Below the pieces are notes generated by a model. That model did no database searches, was not told the DNA's origin, and worked only from the letters and a program-made list of their open reading frames with translations. From NCBI RefSeq assembly GCF_001194135.2, contig NC_069001.1:33612588-33676383 (forward strand): a stretch of 63,796 nt of DNA, in the 5' to 3' direction. The position numbers and the translations under genes were made by a program. Position 1 is the first letter of the stretch. Every line of letters begins with the position of its first letter. This document shows positions 48,601-60,552 of this stretch, piece by piece. Origin of the DNA: Octopus bimaculoides. Its lineage: Eukaryota.

Positions 48601-51600
48601 ACTGCTTACCATCCTCCTGGGATCAATATTAATTGTAATACACTCAGGTCAGCAGTATTGTGTCTATATTGTATTTGCTGAAGAACTGTGAAGTTGGTTA
48701 CAGGTTCCTTAATGAACCAATTTATAATTAGTTCACTGCATTAATGGGGTGAGTTTGTGCAACTTGGACAGAACAAATAACACATTATTTTTGTTAAAAA
48801 TCACAGGTTTATTAATTTTTACTCAAGCGAGATCGTTGCCAGTGCCACTGGACTGGCTCCTGTGCAGGTGGCACGTAAAATACACCATTTTGAGTGTGGC
48901 CGTTGCCAATACTGCCCGACTGATCTTCATGCCGGTGGCACGTGAAAGCACCCACTACACTCTCGGAGTGGTTGGCGTTAGGAAGGGCATCCAGCTGTAG
49001 AAACTCTGCCAAATAAAATTGGAGCCTGATGTAGCCACCCGGTTTACCAGTCCTCAGTCAAATCGTCCAACCCATGCTAGCATGGAAAGCGGACGTTAAA
49101 CGATGATGATGATGACCAGTATATATTGGCAGACGACATGAATACACACACTCCCTTCCACTCTCTTTCTCTCTATGCACACACACACATATGATGGGCT
49201 TCTCTGTTTCCATCCACCAGGGCCACTTGCAAGGTCTTGGTTAGCCTAGGTCTATAATAAAAGATGCTTACCCAAGTTGCCTTGCAGTGGGACTGAACCC
49301 TAAATGATGTACTTGGGAAGCAAACCTCATAACTACACAGCCATGCCTTCAAATCGGGAAAAATAAATGTCAAACAGTGAAGATAAATGAAAATAACAAA
49401 ATAACATGAGCTGCTTTATTGAGATGTTGTGAACCAAATGCTTGATTATAGAAATAATAAACAGTGGTGTATTTATTTAATATTTCAGGTATTTATCACT
49501 GGTAAAACATTAGAATGTGGTTTACCTGGCGTCAGGTATCGGTTTATTACTAATAATTATGATGCAACAGATGGTACTTCCTCTGAAGATGTAGTAATGT
49601 GTCCTGTTGAAATTCTGGTTCTTAATCATTACATGAATAATGGCTATCCACAAGGTAAGAAACTTAATTCTAACACAGGATTTTATCCTCACTTGGTAAA
49701 TCAATCAATCAACCTTTTTTGACTTGGTTGAACAACCAGTCCCAACCAGTTGGGATTCACATTATGGGTTCAACTATTCATCCTTTTAATTGCTGAATGC
49801 AAAATGTAGCTTACAAAACCTCCATCACTGAAGGTTCCAATTACAGCTTGCAAAACCCCTGTCACAAGGTTATCCATTTACTGCTGAATGGACTGTGCAA
49901 TGTGAAATGAAGTGTTTTGCTTGAGAACGCAACACATAACTGGTGTGGGTATGGAAACCATGATCTTGCGATCATGAGTGCAACACCCTAACCACTTGGC
50001 CATGCACCTTGGTAAAACTGCCCAATGATGCAGAAGGAATTTAGGTGATTTTTGTCAACAAATTCAGTTTCTCTACTTCTGATGTTGTGAGAGATTTAGC
50101 TGTTAAATTGTTTCGGTCAAGTGTTAATGAAGATGTTATTTAATTAAATGTGATATTGATTAATTTCACATCGTTTGTCTTCTGTTGCAGGTCTGCACGC
50201 TGAAGGTTCCATCATGCATTTCCTTTTTGCTCTGTTCTTCTTCGACATCCTTTACATGGACATACCTGATGTCTTCATTAGTCCCTTTCAAGCATGTCCC
50301 CTTGACATGGCATCTCCTGACTTCTATTTAAACAGAAAAGAAGCCATCGATGAGCGTTTGCAGTTCATCTCCACTGCATCTCTACAGGTGAGGCTTTTTG
50401 CGTGTGTGCGTATATATTTACCTTCTTCCTGAACAGAAATATTCATCAATCCTATTCACTTTTCTTACTTATTGATCCCCCCCCCCACATTCTTTCTCTC
50501 TCTATATAATGTATGTGTGTGTGTGTATTTTATATTTTTTGTGTGTGTATTTTATATTTTTTGTGTGCAGATATAATAACTGAAGATGATCTGAGACGCA
50601 TGCTCAGTGTCTCTTTATGCATTAAATTATCAAATTATCCAATTTTTCGTTTTTGAAAAGGCAAAAAAGATATGAAAACGTTCAGAGTTGTCCCCCTTGC
50701 TTTCTTATCCAAGTGATAATGTTGGATAATCTTACAGTATTTTCTCCTAATGGCTATTTTCAACCCTGCTGTGATAATTTGTGATGCTGTACTTTAGCCC
50801 TAGGTCACACATGACCAAAGGCATTCCAGCTATGACCACCCTGTCTTTTTCTTACGTTCGGGGAACCCAGGGCCACCTTATGCAACATACCCTTTGCTGG
50901 TTGAGTGATTTGAAGGACATTTTGCTGCTATTTGTCGCAAGTCTTACACTCATGTAGAGACCTCAGTTTAAAGTACAGGAGTGGGTTGGACTACCTAGGG
51001 TCAGTCATGGCTATTGCTTAGTTTTAGTTGCTCAGTTCTCCTTATAGAACAAGAGGTGGTGGTAGGCATTTCACATCATACAGCACTAATACTATCAAGG
51101 GACAGCATGAACACCTCAACATCCTCTTCTGAACTAAACGTCTTAGGCATTATGCCTCTTTTGGAAAAGGCAACTGATGACCAGTTATATCTTTCAAGAT
51201 ATCAAAATATCGTAGCAAGCAAAATAATATGAATTAATGTAAGAACATGTTTTCATGTTGAACATGGAGCATTTACATCTTTCCACACATGATGCCCGGT
51301 TGAGTAAAAAGGCGTTGTGATGAACATGGAAGCCATGGGTGGATATAAACCAGAGTGAAGGTTTTGGTGGTAGTAGCAAATATTCGAACTGGAAATCGGC
51401 TATGTATGGCGGGTACAGACTGACTTGAGCCCTGCAAATTGCTATGGACCCAGATTTTAAAGCTATTGTTTAGCTACATTAAATTCATCTTAGATTCTTT
51501 TAATACACTCTGTGTCATGTATAACATCTATCCATCCATATGTATCATCATCTTCATCATCATCATCTGCTTTCCATGCTGGCATGGGTTGGACAGTTTG

Positions 51601-52819
51601 ACAGGAGCTGGCCTGGCAGAAGACGGCACCGTTTCTGTGTCTGCTTTGGCATAGTTTTTTTTTTTTTACGGCTAGATTCTCTTCCTAACACCAACCACCC
51701 CACAGAGTGGACTGTGTGCTTTTTACATGGCACCAGCACAAGTGAGGTCAGTTTTGTCATGGTTTTTATGACTGGATGCCCTTCCAAACGCCAACCACTT
51801 CACAGTGTGGACTGGATGCTTTTTACATGGCATGTATTGCATGGTTCGAAATGAATTGAAGAGCCAGATGTCTTTGCCAAACTCCAATGCCAGCCAATTC
51901 ACAGAGGGTATTGGGTGCTTTTCATGGCACCAGTACTAATGAGTGTACTAGGTACCTGTAAGACAAGGCTCCTCATATTGAGGGATATCAAAGTATGTGA
52001 GGGGTGGGGGACAAGAGCAGGTATCTTGTTGAAAGTGAATACATGGCTTCCCCATCTGGAGAGAGAGATACAAGGTACTTGGTGAAAATGAAAAGAGAAT
52101 AGAATAGGGAGCAAAAGGTGGGTTGGTAAGTGCTTTAGAGTGAAAAGTGTGACTAATGATTAGAGATAGGAATTTAGTTAGATGCAGTGAATATCAGTTT
52201 GAGGGAGAGGAAGTGAAAGAAGGAAATAGAGGTGGGGCAGGGGGAGGTCAGTGACAAGGGACGGTAGTAGGGATACACTGTGAGGTAAGGCTAGACAGGG
52301 CCTCATTTTTTTGAGATGGAAGTGTCTTCTCAAGTCCAGTCATCTCGGCCATGATTTGTTAAATTGTTCAATTATTTTGTTTTTCTTCTTGCAGGAACTA
52401 AATGAGCAAATAGCAAAAGTCTGGGAAGACAATTATGGCTGCATGCTTGCAGGTGGCAAGTGGGAGATGTTTAATTCACTTTCTGAATTGCAGGTTTGTT
52501 TACATTTGTTATCATAGAAACAACTGAAACTGTTTTGTCATTCTTCTCTCTCTTCCACTTCATCTCTTCCTTTTTCCATTCTTTTACTTAAGAAGAAATC
52601 ATTAATATGTGAGCTAACAATGGAGTCACTAGATGTGTTAGAAATAGCAGCAACATCTCCCTCCTATCACATTATGCTATCATCAAAAACAGAACACATT
52701 GCATAGTGCAGTCCTAGGGAGACTTACTCTCTGTTCAATTCCTCTGCATTATTCTGTTTGCTGTTCATGCATTTTCTGATGAATTGTAATACATCTGAGT
52801 GTTGTATGTAATAACTTCA

Positions 52820-52859
<40 letters not shown>

Positions 52860-55800
52860 TTATTATTATTATTATTACGTGCAGGTGGCACATAAAAAAC
52901 ACCATTTTGAGCGTGGCCGTTGCCAGTACCATGTGACTGGCACATAAAAGCGCCCACTACACTCTTGGAGTGGTTGGCATTAGGAAGGGCATCCAGCTGT
53001 AGAAACTCTGCCAAATCAGATTGGAGCCTGGTGTACCCTTGTGGCTTGCCAGTCCTCAGTCAAATCGTCCAACCCATGCCAGCATGGAAAGCGGACGTTA
53101 AACGATGATGATGATTATTATTATTGTGGCAGTGAGCTGGCAGAATTGTTAGCGTGCTGAACGAAATGCTTAGCAGCGTTTTGCCCATCGCTATGTTCTG
53201 AGTTCAAATTTCACCGAGGTTGACTTTGTCTTTCTTCCTTTCAGGGTTGATAAAATAAGTACCAGTTGAACACCGGGGGTTGATGTAATCGACTCATCCC
53301 CTCCCCCAAAATTGCTGCCCTTGTGGCAGAACATGAACCCATTATTATTATTCATTATTTTTGAAGAACAAAAGACAAATGCAGAATGGTAGCCACTAAA
53401 GCACAAAGTCAGCTCAACCATTTTCAACCATTTTCAACCTGGGGCTATAAACAATGTTTTATATTGCTGTTATTGTTTAGCCCTTGGTCAGCCTTGACTG
53501 ATCAAAGGCATTCTAGCAATGACTATCCCCTCCTTCTCTCAGACATGGTGTATCTAGGGTTGCTTTATCCTATGTGTCCCTTCTTTTTCAAAGTGACAGG
53601 GAGCATTTGGGAGACTTGGTTCTTATTTCTAACATGCTGAATGACTTCATATTAGTTTCCTCATTGTCTTTAATATTGTTGGAATTATGGTAGATTGGCA
53701 GAGATGTTGGGTTACTAGGCTAAATAGTTAAATGTAGTTTGGTTTCAGACCTCTACATTCTGAGTTCAAATCGTGCCCTTGTCTTTCATCCCTCCAGATT
53801 TGATAAAATAACTACCAGTTGTTCATCCACCTGAAATTCATGGCCTTAAGCTTATGCATGAAAATCCTTATGTATCAATTGTTGTGGCTGTGTGGTAAGA
53901 AGTTTGCTTCCCAGCCACATAGTTTTGGGTTCAGTCCCACTAAGTGGCACTTTGAGCAAGTGTCTTTCACTATAATCCTAGGCTGGCCAAAGCCTTGTAA
54001 CTGGATTTGGTTGATGGAAACTCAAAGAAGCTCATTGTGTGTGTGTGTGTGTGTAAATGTATCGTGGCACTAATAACCTGGTGTTTGAACTCAGTATACA
54101 CTGTCATGGTTGGAATTTCTTTGATCATGGACCTACTTAATCAGGGTTGATCTGGGGTTAAACAACAACCTTTCCTACCACGACCTGCTAGAAATATTGT
54201 CCAGATGTCCCCTGATTCACATTCTACTTTCTTAAAAAATAAAGGACACTTTACATATTGTTGTCCAATTACACAATGCCTGGGAAAGAAAAGATGGGGT
54301 GGTCATATTTGGGCCATCTTTGTTCATAAGCTTGCTTAATCAGTGCTAGTCTAGGGTAAATACCCTCCTACCACTCATTATCCCTTCTTTGTTTCACGGT
54401 CAAACTCTACTTTATAAAAACTCTCCCCTCATCTTTTCTACTTGTACACAGGTGGGCGTGAAAAATATTTTGTTTCTTTCTTATTTATTTCTATTTTAAT
54501 TAAATAATAATTTTTTTCGTTTAATACCAGGGTCTGGTTAGTTGTATGGAAGGTAAGATTCTGGCAGGAATCTTTGGAAGGTATGCCAAAAATCCGCGTC
54601 ACACTCGAAGTGGGTTCCCTGATTTAACCCTTTGGAATGTAAACACAAAGAAATTCAAGGTTTGTTGCATTTTTATGACTTCTCTCTCTATACTTTTTCC
54701 TGTATACATTCACTCTTCATCTCCTTTATACACCCTCCCTTAATAGTTTAATCTCATACAATCACGGTACTTGATAATAAACTGTGTCTGTGTTCTTTAG
54801 TTTTGCTTGAACTCCGAAATCAGGGAGATTCAGCATGAATGACGAGGCTGACCCATTTGAATTAGAGGTACTACTCATTTTTGCCAGCTGAGTGGACTGG
54901 AGCAATGAGAGATAATACACGTTGTTCAAGGACAACTTGCTGCTAGGAACTGAAAGGAATTGAACTCATCACCTTACGAGCCTGAACCAAATAACCAAAC
55001 CACTGAACCACGTGCCTTTGATCACTGATAAATGAATACTCTGCAGTGCAGCTTAATCACACCTATTCCTGATTATAAACAGGAAGTTCTATATTTCTGT
55101 TCTGTGTTGTATGGCATCCTTGGATGGTCTTTGACTGGTTCTGATATCATATCAGTTTTTCCATGAGAAGGGGTTGCTTGCCCCAACACTTTGTCCTTCA
55201 TTTCTGGGGAAAGGGACACTGTTAATAGTCTCCTCACAACCCTTCTCACTGCACAACAAATCAGATTCCAACAGAGAAAGTGAGAGAGAATTGACACCAG
55301 TACATGACTGGTATTTATTTGTTGACATGCGAAGGATGAAAGGCAATGTTGACTTTGACTGGATTTGAACTCAACACACAAAGATTTGAAGCAAATACCA
55401 CAAGGCACTCTGTCTGATGCTCTACCAACTCAGTTTGTTAGTTTGAAGACATTAAACTAAGTTTTTTGGATTGAAAGAGGAAACTAAAATCTAAAGCTCT
55501 TTTGTAATAGTGTTAATAAATAATTGTATTAAAATGTTGGGAGGACATGCAACGTCTGTGATTGAATACACGCAATTTATATATCTGCCTCAATAAACTC
55601 TGTCTCATTCATGCAAGAATAGGAAAATGGATATTAAATGATGACGATGATGGTGGTTGGAATGCCTTTCATCATAAGTCTACCCAATCAGAGCTTCACT
55701 TGGGCTAAAAACAACAACTGTACATTTTATTGTTTCTCTTTTAACAATATTGATCTCCATTAAATTGGATATTTATGTTCCCATTAACTCTTCTATATCA

Positions 55801-58800
55801 ATCTATTGAACTGTTACACTTCATTGATTTCATTCTGTTTGATCTCTTTCATTGTTTTCTAACTTTGAGATTTCATAGATTTTTTTTTTTTTATGTTAAT
55901 GTTAAATTATTCCATCAATCAATAATTTATTACAGTCTCACAAAGACTGTAAAATCAAAGGAAAGCCATCCATGCCCGTCCCTGGTAAAACCTTGTACAC
56001 CATATATCTAGTCTAGCGTTCTAATTTTTGTTTAATTTGGAGTTCTGATAATATTCTTGGAAAAGCAAGAATGCTGCAACTTGCTGTCTTTCTTTCTCAG
56101 AATGTGCGCAGGAGTGGCTGTGTGGTAAGTAGCTTGCTTACCAACCACATGGTTCTGGGTTCAGTCCCACTGTGTGGCACCTTGGGCAAGTGTCTTCTAC
56201 TATAGCCTCAGACCGACCAAAGCCTTGTGACTGGATTTGGTAGACGGAAACTGAAAGAAGCCCGTCGTATATATGTATGTATATGTGTACGTATGTGTGT
56301 GTGTTTGTCCCCCCAGCATCACTTGACAACTGATGCTGGTGTGTTTACGTCCCCCTAACTTAGCTGTTCGGCAAAAGAGACCCATAGAATAAGTACTAGG
56401 CTTCCAAAGAATAAGTCCTGGGGTTGATTTGCTTGACTAAAGGCGGTGCTCCAGCATGGCCGCAGTCAAATGACTGAAACGGGTAAAAGAGTAATATTTT
56501 TTTGTGCAAGAATCATAAATAGATTTAATTGCTAGATTTCATTCAGTGAGTAATTATTTCTGAGTTGCCTTCTATTGGTCTGCTCTCTCTCTCTCTTTCT
56601 TTTATTTCTCTGCCCTCTCTGTTTATGTTAACTCCAAGTGCATTAGCAGCAAAAATGAAATGAAATAATTTGTTGAGGATTAAAACCACACCCAAGCTTA
56701 TGACCATGGAAGTTTACCCTTCGTACTTCATGGTTTCTAAAATGCTTAAAGATCTTTGTTTGGCAGAATTGATAGAACATTGGAAAAAAAACTGCTTTGG
56801 GATATTTGTTGCAGGGTTTTACCTTCTGAGTTCAAATCCTGCTAAGATAAACATTGCCTTTTATCCTTTTGGGCTGATAAAATAAAGCGCCAGTCAATTA
56901 CTGGGGCCATTATAAACAAGTATTCCTTTCTCTCTAAGTTTCAGACCTTGTGTTTGCCTTTGTTAAAAACAATTATTGCAGTTTAAAAAAAAAAAATTGT
57001 ACATGATTTTTATTTATAAAATGTGTCAAACAAATGAGATAACTGTCACTTTGTCAGTTACAATGATGGGGTTTCCAGTTGGTGTGATCAATGCTTGTGA
57101 AATTAGCATTACAAGTGGCTGAGCACTCTACAGACATGCAGACCCTTAATGTAGTTCTTGGGGAGATTCAGTGCAACACAGAACGTGACAAGGCTGGTCC
57201 ATTTGAATAACTCAAAAATGAGTAGAACTCAATTTTGCCAGCTGAGGACTGCAGCAGCAAGAAGAAATGAAGTGTCTTGCTCAAGGACACATGCTGCTAG
57301 GAATCGAACTCACAACTTTGAGCCAACTACCCTAACCTCTTAGCCACACACCTTCAAACAAATAATATAAAAGAGAACGCGTGTAGTTCCTAGTGGGAAC
57401 TAAACCCACATCCACTTAATTCATAGCTTATATGTATCTCTTGTGATTGTATATTTGACTTCATCATTTAAAATCCGTGTTCCATGCTTGTTTTAAGCTA
57501 TTAGACAAAGGATCCAATGAACTGAAGGACTGCATCGTACTCCAGTGTTGCTTTGACATGGTTTCTGTGGCTGGATACCCTTCTTAATACTGAGGCACAG
57601 TATAGCTGAATGGTTAAGAAGTTCATTTTGAAACTACACAGTTCTGGGTTCAATCCTACTGTATGGCATCTTGAATTGACCTGTATTTCATGAGTGAAAT
57701 TGAGTCAAAAGAAATTGTATCGAAGCCTGTCAGATTGCATCTGTAATTCAAAAGTGAGAATCTTGTCACAGACTGTTTCATACTGATTCTGCCTGACAAT
57801 TATTGGTAGGGTATACATTAATGTGCTCTACTCAGCCACTCACACATTAATTCAGGAGCTAGTTTTACACTTGACCAAACAACTGAATCCTCGTCATATA
57901 AATTCGTTTGAACATTTATAATTTTTCTAAATACTAAAAAAAAAAAAAAATATGTAACGAGTTCTTTTGAATCTGACAACGACACTTAACCCATTGGCTT
58001 AATGAAGAGGTACAGTACTGCTTTGTACTTAGAACACTAAACAGTTTTAGGATGGTTCTATTATTGAAACATGTGATGTATTTAGTATTGTTAACCACTT
58101 AAACGAACTCCACTCCTTCATTATGGTTATCTTTGTTCATCCGGACAATTAAAGCAAACAAGATCTTAGTGACATGCTCCTAAATACAACACAAAGTGTC
58201 CTACAAGATCTGAACTTCTCTTGGGCAGTTTCCCCAAAAGTAAACCAACCTACGTAATTGTGTTACCTCAGTTTTCTTGTCTGTATGCAGAAATTGAAGG
58301 TAAACAACTCTTGTGTTTATATTGGTTTCATTCAGTTAGTGGGTGTTTCTCAGTTGGATCTCTAAATCATTTAATGTCTGCTTTTCCATGTTTGCATGGT
58401 GTCGGATGGAATTTGTTAAGGCACATTTTCTACGATCGGATCCCCTTCCTGTCGCTATAACTAGACAAGTCTTTTCAGGAAACACCCGAAACGAATAATC
58501 TCGTTTCTATGGCGATGATGGTCATTTACAACCATCACGTGCTGTCTAGACCAGGGGTTTTCAAACTGTGGTCTGCGGACCACAGGGGGTCCGCAAGGAC
58601 AAGACAGGGGTTCCGTGGACAGCAAATACTTTTTATGGGCAATTTGATTTTACATATATTTTTTAATCGAAATCTTTTAATTGACAATGAACCTATTTGT
58701 TAAATACTGTTAAATAAATAAATGTAAAAATATATGTTATTTTAAGCAAATATTTATGTATAAATCTCATAAGCGTTTATAAGGGGGTCCCTAAGGTAAA

Positions 58801-59908
58801 GCCTGAAATATAAAGGGGTCCGCAAGTCAAAAAGTTTGAAAACCCCTGGTCTAGACAATGGTATACATAGACACGGATTTTATTTTCCGTCTACCAAATC
58901 CACTCACAAGGCTTTGGTCGCCTCGGGGTTACCTATAGACTACACACATACAAGATGCCATGCAGTGGGACTTGAACCTGGAACCACATGGTTGGGATCC
59001 AAGCTTAACCCACACAGCTATTACAAAATGTATTACTGATTGTTAATCTAAATGTTAATATTCTTATTTACAGATCTCGGAAGTCAAAGGCCCTGGTGAC
59101 CGTTTGTCCACCAAACAGATGTTGTGGTTGGATTATCTCATCAAATTAGGAGTTGATGCTGAAGTCAGTCACATAAAACGTAAGAGAAAACCTTACTTTC
59201 ATTATTTCAAAGTCGTCATCGTTTAACGTCCGTTGTCCATGCTGGCATGGGTTGTACGTTTCACAACTGAAGTTTAGGGTTTCTAACCACACTCGTGGGA
59301 ATCAGGCTGACAGAAACCTAATTATTTGTAGAAATAGTTGGAAATAAAAACTGCTGCATCTGTGAGGGGAGGTAACTTAGGATGGTGTGTGGTATTGTTT
59401 CATTATGGAATGGCTCAGAACTTGAATCGATATGCGTCTACAAAGAGAGGGCGTGGTACTTCAGCATGGTTTGCAGTCAATAACTGAAACTAGGAGAAAG
59501 TATTGTGAATAATCTTAATATCGAGGTTTAGTGTAGTTGAAACCTCAAGTACTGCATTGTTAGTTCCTATTTGTAGCTGATTGTTATTACATAAGGTTCG
59601 TCTTATAAAGTAGGTTGGTGGGATAGTTAAGTGTGTGGCTGTTTAATGGACAGAAAAAAATCAAAGATTACGGATATAATTCATGCTGTTTCTGTTTTAA
59701 TATGCTGGTATGGATTATTAGACAAGTCTATTGAAACCTCTTTCAATACGTGTCTTTATATATGTGCATATATTAATGAGTCCTGCTGAAGTTAGTATGA
59801 TAAATCGAAAAGTCAGACTGAGACCATCTGTGTTTCCTAAAATTTTATTTTGCATTCCTTTTTTTTACAGCTGTTGGAACTAAGAAGTTGCAGCCACAGT
59901 CAGAATAA
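36456..59908 (+). CDS. FAN1: Fanconi-associated nuclease 1 (SAP-TPR-VRR_NUC), 15 coding exons, about 1001 aa
   Basis: Exons 36456-36666, 38157-39107, 39586-39726, 40740-40947, 42918-43052, 44214-44312, 45202-45336, 46517-46745, 47842-48003, 49489-49654, 50191-50387, 52395-52493, 54531-54659, 59074-59179 and 59871-59908. All introns are GT-AG, phases join, total 3006 nt. Motifs: [65 protein letters not shown] (PD-(D/E)xK). The start codon is less certain than the conserved core. Confidence 0.95.
38157..39107 (+). CDS. FAN1: FAN1 exon 2 (disordered N-terminus to PYYL motif)
   Basis: 951-nt open exon ending [18 protein letters not shown]...EKFNRLS. Confidence 0.92.
39183..39500. repeat. Minisatellite, about 15 units with core (A)TTCTATAGAATTAA, in FAN1 intron 2
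   Basis: Degenerate tandem units with a variable ~17-24-bp period. Confidence 0.9.
39586..39726 (+). CDS. FAN1: FAN1 exon 3
   Basis: [18 protein letters not shown]...[10 protein letters not shown]. Confidence 0.94.
40740..40947 (+). CDS. FAN1: FAN1 exon 4 (SAP region)
   Basis: [20 protein letters not shown]...[10 protein letters not shown]. Confidence 0.92.
42918..43052 (+). CDS. FAN1: FAN1 exon 5
   Basis: [28 protein letters not shown]. Confidence 0.93.
43096..43710 (+). mobile_element. Three head-to-tail SINE family A copies in FAN1 intron 5
   Basis: Copies at about 43096-43333, 43336-43553 and 43558-43710, each starting right after the previous (ATT)n tail. Confidence 0.9.
44214..44312 (+). 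CDS. FAN1: FAN1 exon 6
   Basis: [32 protein letters not shown]. Confidence 0.94.
44891..45157. repeat. Diverged ~140-bp tandem duplication upstream of FAN1 exon 7
   Basis: Both copies share aagtaactact...ctattacataaaatctagt...gatatttt...ccatactttactac. Confidence 0.85.
45202..45336 (+). CDS. FAN1: FAN1 exon 7
   Basis: [19 protein letters not shown]...; phases 2-2 fit both neighbours. Confidence 0.88.
46517..46745 (+). CDS. FAN1: FAN1 exon 8 (TPR region)
   Basis: LPLFLRH...[16 protein letters not shown]. Confidence 0.95.
47240..47370 (+). mobile_element. Mariner transposase remnant in FAN1 intron 8
   Basis: [31 protein letters not shown] contains the mariner WVPHEL-type linker motif; one in-frame stop. 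Confidence 0.75.
47842..48003 (+). CDS. FAN1: FAN1 exon 9
   Basis: [29 protein letters not shown]. Confidence 0.94.
48165..48375 (+). mobile_element. SINE family A
   Basis: Family A head, B-box and body. Confidence 0.8.
48824..49114 (+). mobile_element. 'Family C' retroposon with (GAT)n tail and internal ~60-70-bp repeats
   Basis: 3' end ggaagggcatccagctgtagaaac...gcatggaaagcggacgttaaacgatgatgatg is shared with the copies at 52877 and 62226. Confidence 0.85.
49489..49654 (+). CDS. FAN1: FAN1 exon 10
   Basis: VFITGKTL...[18 protein letters not shown]. Confidence 0.94.
50191..50387 (+). CDS. FAN1: FAN1 exon 11
   Basis: GLHAEGS...[15 protein letters not shown]...[13 protein letters not shown]. 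Confidence 0.95.
51540..51935 (-). mobile_element. Family C retroposon, diverged, with internal duplication
   Basis: Starts with a (CAT)n tail followed by reverse-complement family C sequence; a sub-block is duplicated. Confidence 0.7.
52395..52493 (+). CDS. FAN1: FAN1 exon 12
   Basis: [15 protein letters not shown]...[11 protein letters not shown]. Confidence 0.92.
52818..53352 (+). mobile_element. (ATT)n tract, then family C, then family A
   Basis: Family C at 52877-53112 is followed directly by family A at 53127-53352. Confidence 0.85.
53886..54055 (+). mobile_element. tRNA-derived SINE 'family B' (CORE-like, possibly OR2-related)
   Basis: ggctgtgtggtaagaagtttgcttccc...gggttcagtcccac...ggcactttgagcaagtgtctt; (TG)n tail. 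Confidence 0.75.
54531..54659 (+). CDS. FAN1: FAN1 exon 13 (catalytic PD)
   Basis: [15 protein letters not shown]...[14 protein letters not shown]. Confidence 0.95.
54780..55020 (-). mobile_element. tRNA-derived SINE 'family E' (gtgtccttgagcaagacactt-type)
   Basis: Related copies at about 57130-57350 (-), 49850-50010 (-), 39810-39930 (+) and 13000-13090 (+). Confidence 0.55.
56113..56492 (+). mobile_element. SINE family B, longest copy with 3' extension
   Basis: Head as at 53886; core gtggcaccttgggcaagtgtctt resembles the MIR CORE. The 3' module ...ccagcatggccgcagtcaaatgactgaaac also occurs at about 41650-41850 and 61265. Other heads at about 36053, 49192 (-), 57595, 58870 (-) and 62772. 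Confidence 0.8.
58552..58848. mobile_element. hAT (Charlie/Buster-like) MITE, 297 bp, in FAN1 intron 13
   Basis: Perfect 16-bp TIR CAGGGGTTTTCAAACT; perfect 8-bp TSD GTCTAGAC at 58544-58551 and 58849-58856. Confidence 0.93.
59074..59179 (+). CDS. FAN1: FAN1 exon 14 (catalytic ExK)
   Basis: [35 protein letters not shown]. Confidence 0.96.
59871..59908 (+). CDS. FAN1: FAN1 exon 15 (stop)
   Basis: Strong acceptor; [12 protein letters not shown], similar to human AVGAKSQSLS*. Confidence 0.88.
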
Positions 59909-60039
59909 GAAGTTAAAGATAGTTTTGACCATAGAACGATTTTATTTCACCAGTTAATACAATGTTTCATCCCAGATTACCATCAAAGTAAATTAAAAAA
60001 ATTTTTTTTTTTACGTATATGTAGATATGTATTATATTT

Positions 60040-60053
60040 AATAAATTTTTATT
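60040..60053. terminator. Back-to-back candidate poly(A) signals (FAN1 on +, GAPR-1-like on -)
   Basis: AATAAA at 60040-60045 on + and TTTATT at 60048-60053 (AATAAA on -), between the two stop codons. Confidence 0.5.
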
Positions 60054-60397
60054 GGTATTGAAAATGCCTTAATGATTATTACTTCAGCCTTTGATGCAAG
60101 TCTCAAATTTTTACAGAAAACTAAACAGTTGAGAATAGTCATTCTTTAACTTTTTTTTGTTTCTCTTGTGAGAAACTTGGTGTTTGTAATACTGTTTCAG
60201 TGTTGATGTTATTGTTAGAGAGAAGAAAAAGCAAGGAAATAAGAAAAAAATGACAATAAGTAGTTAGTTATTTACATAAGATTATTAAAAACAAAAAAGA
60301 AAATTTACAGGAATGCTAGTTTCAAATTGAATGTTGATATGAAGACATGAGGTTATACTTAAACATTTTTTTAATATGAAGATGATGTTGATGCTTT

Positions 60398-60552
60398 TCA
60401 TTTCTTTGGTCTGAAGACATTGTCCTCAAACTTGCCAAGCACATTTCCAGCGGGTCTGTAATTGGCCACCACAAAGTAGCTGCCATCTTCAGCACAACCT
60501 CTTCCAATACCCAACTCCTTGCTACCCTTCCACACCACTTGTGTGAAATGAC
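60398..60552 (-). CDS. GLIPR2: GAPR-1-like last exon
   Basis: [19 protein letters not shown]...[22 protein letters not shown]. Confidence 0.94.

Noticed and set aside
11783-59870. Minor-spliceosome (U12) or non-canonical introns
   Set aside because: All 27 reconstructed introns in the three genes are GT-AG and none has the GTATCCTT donor.
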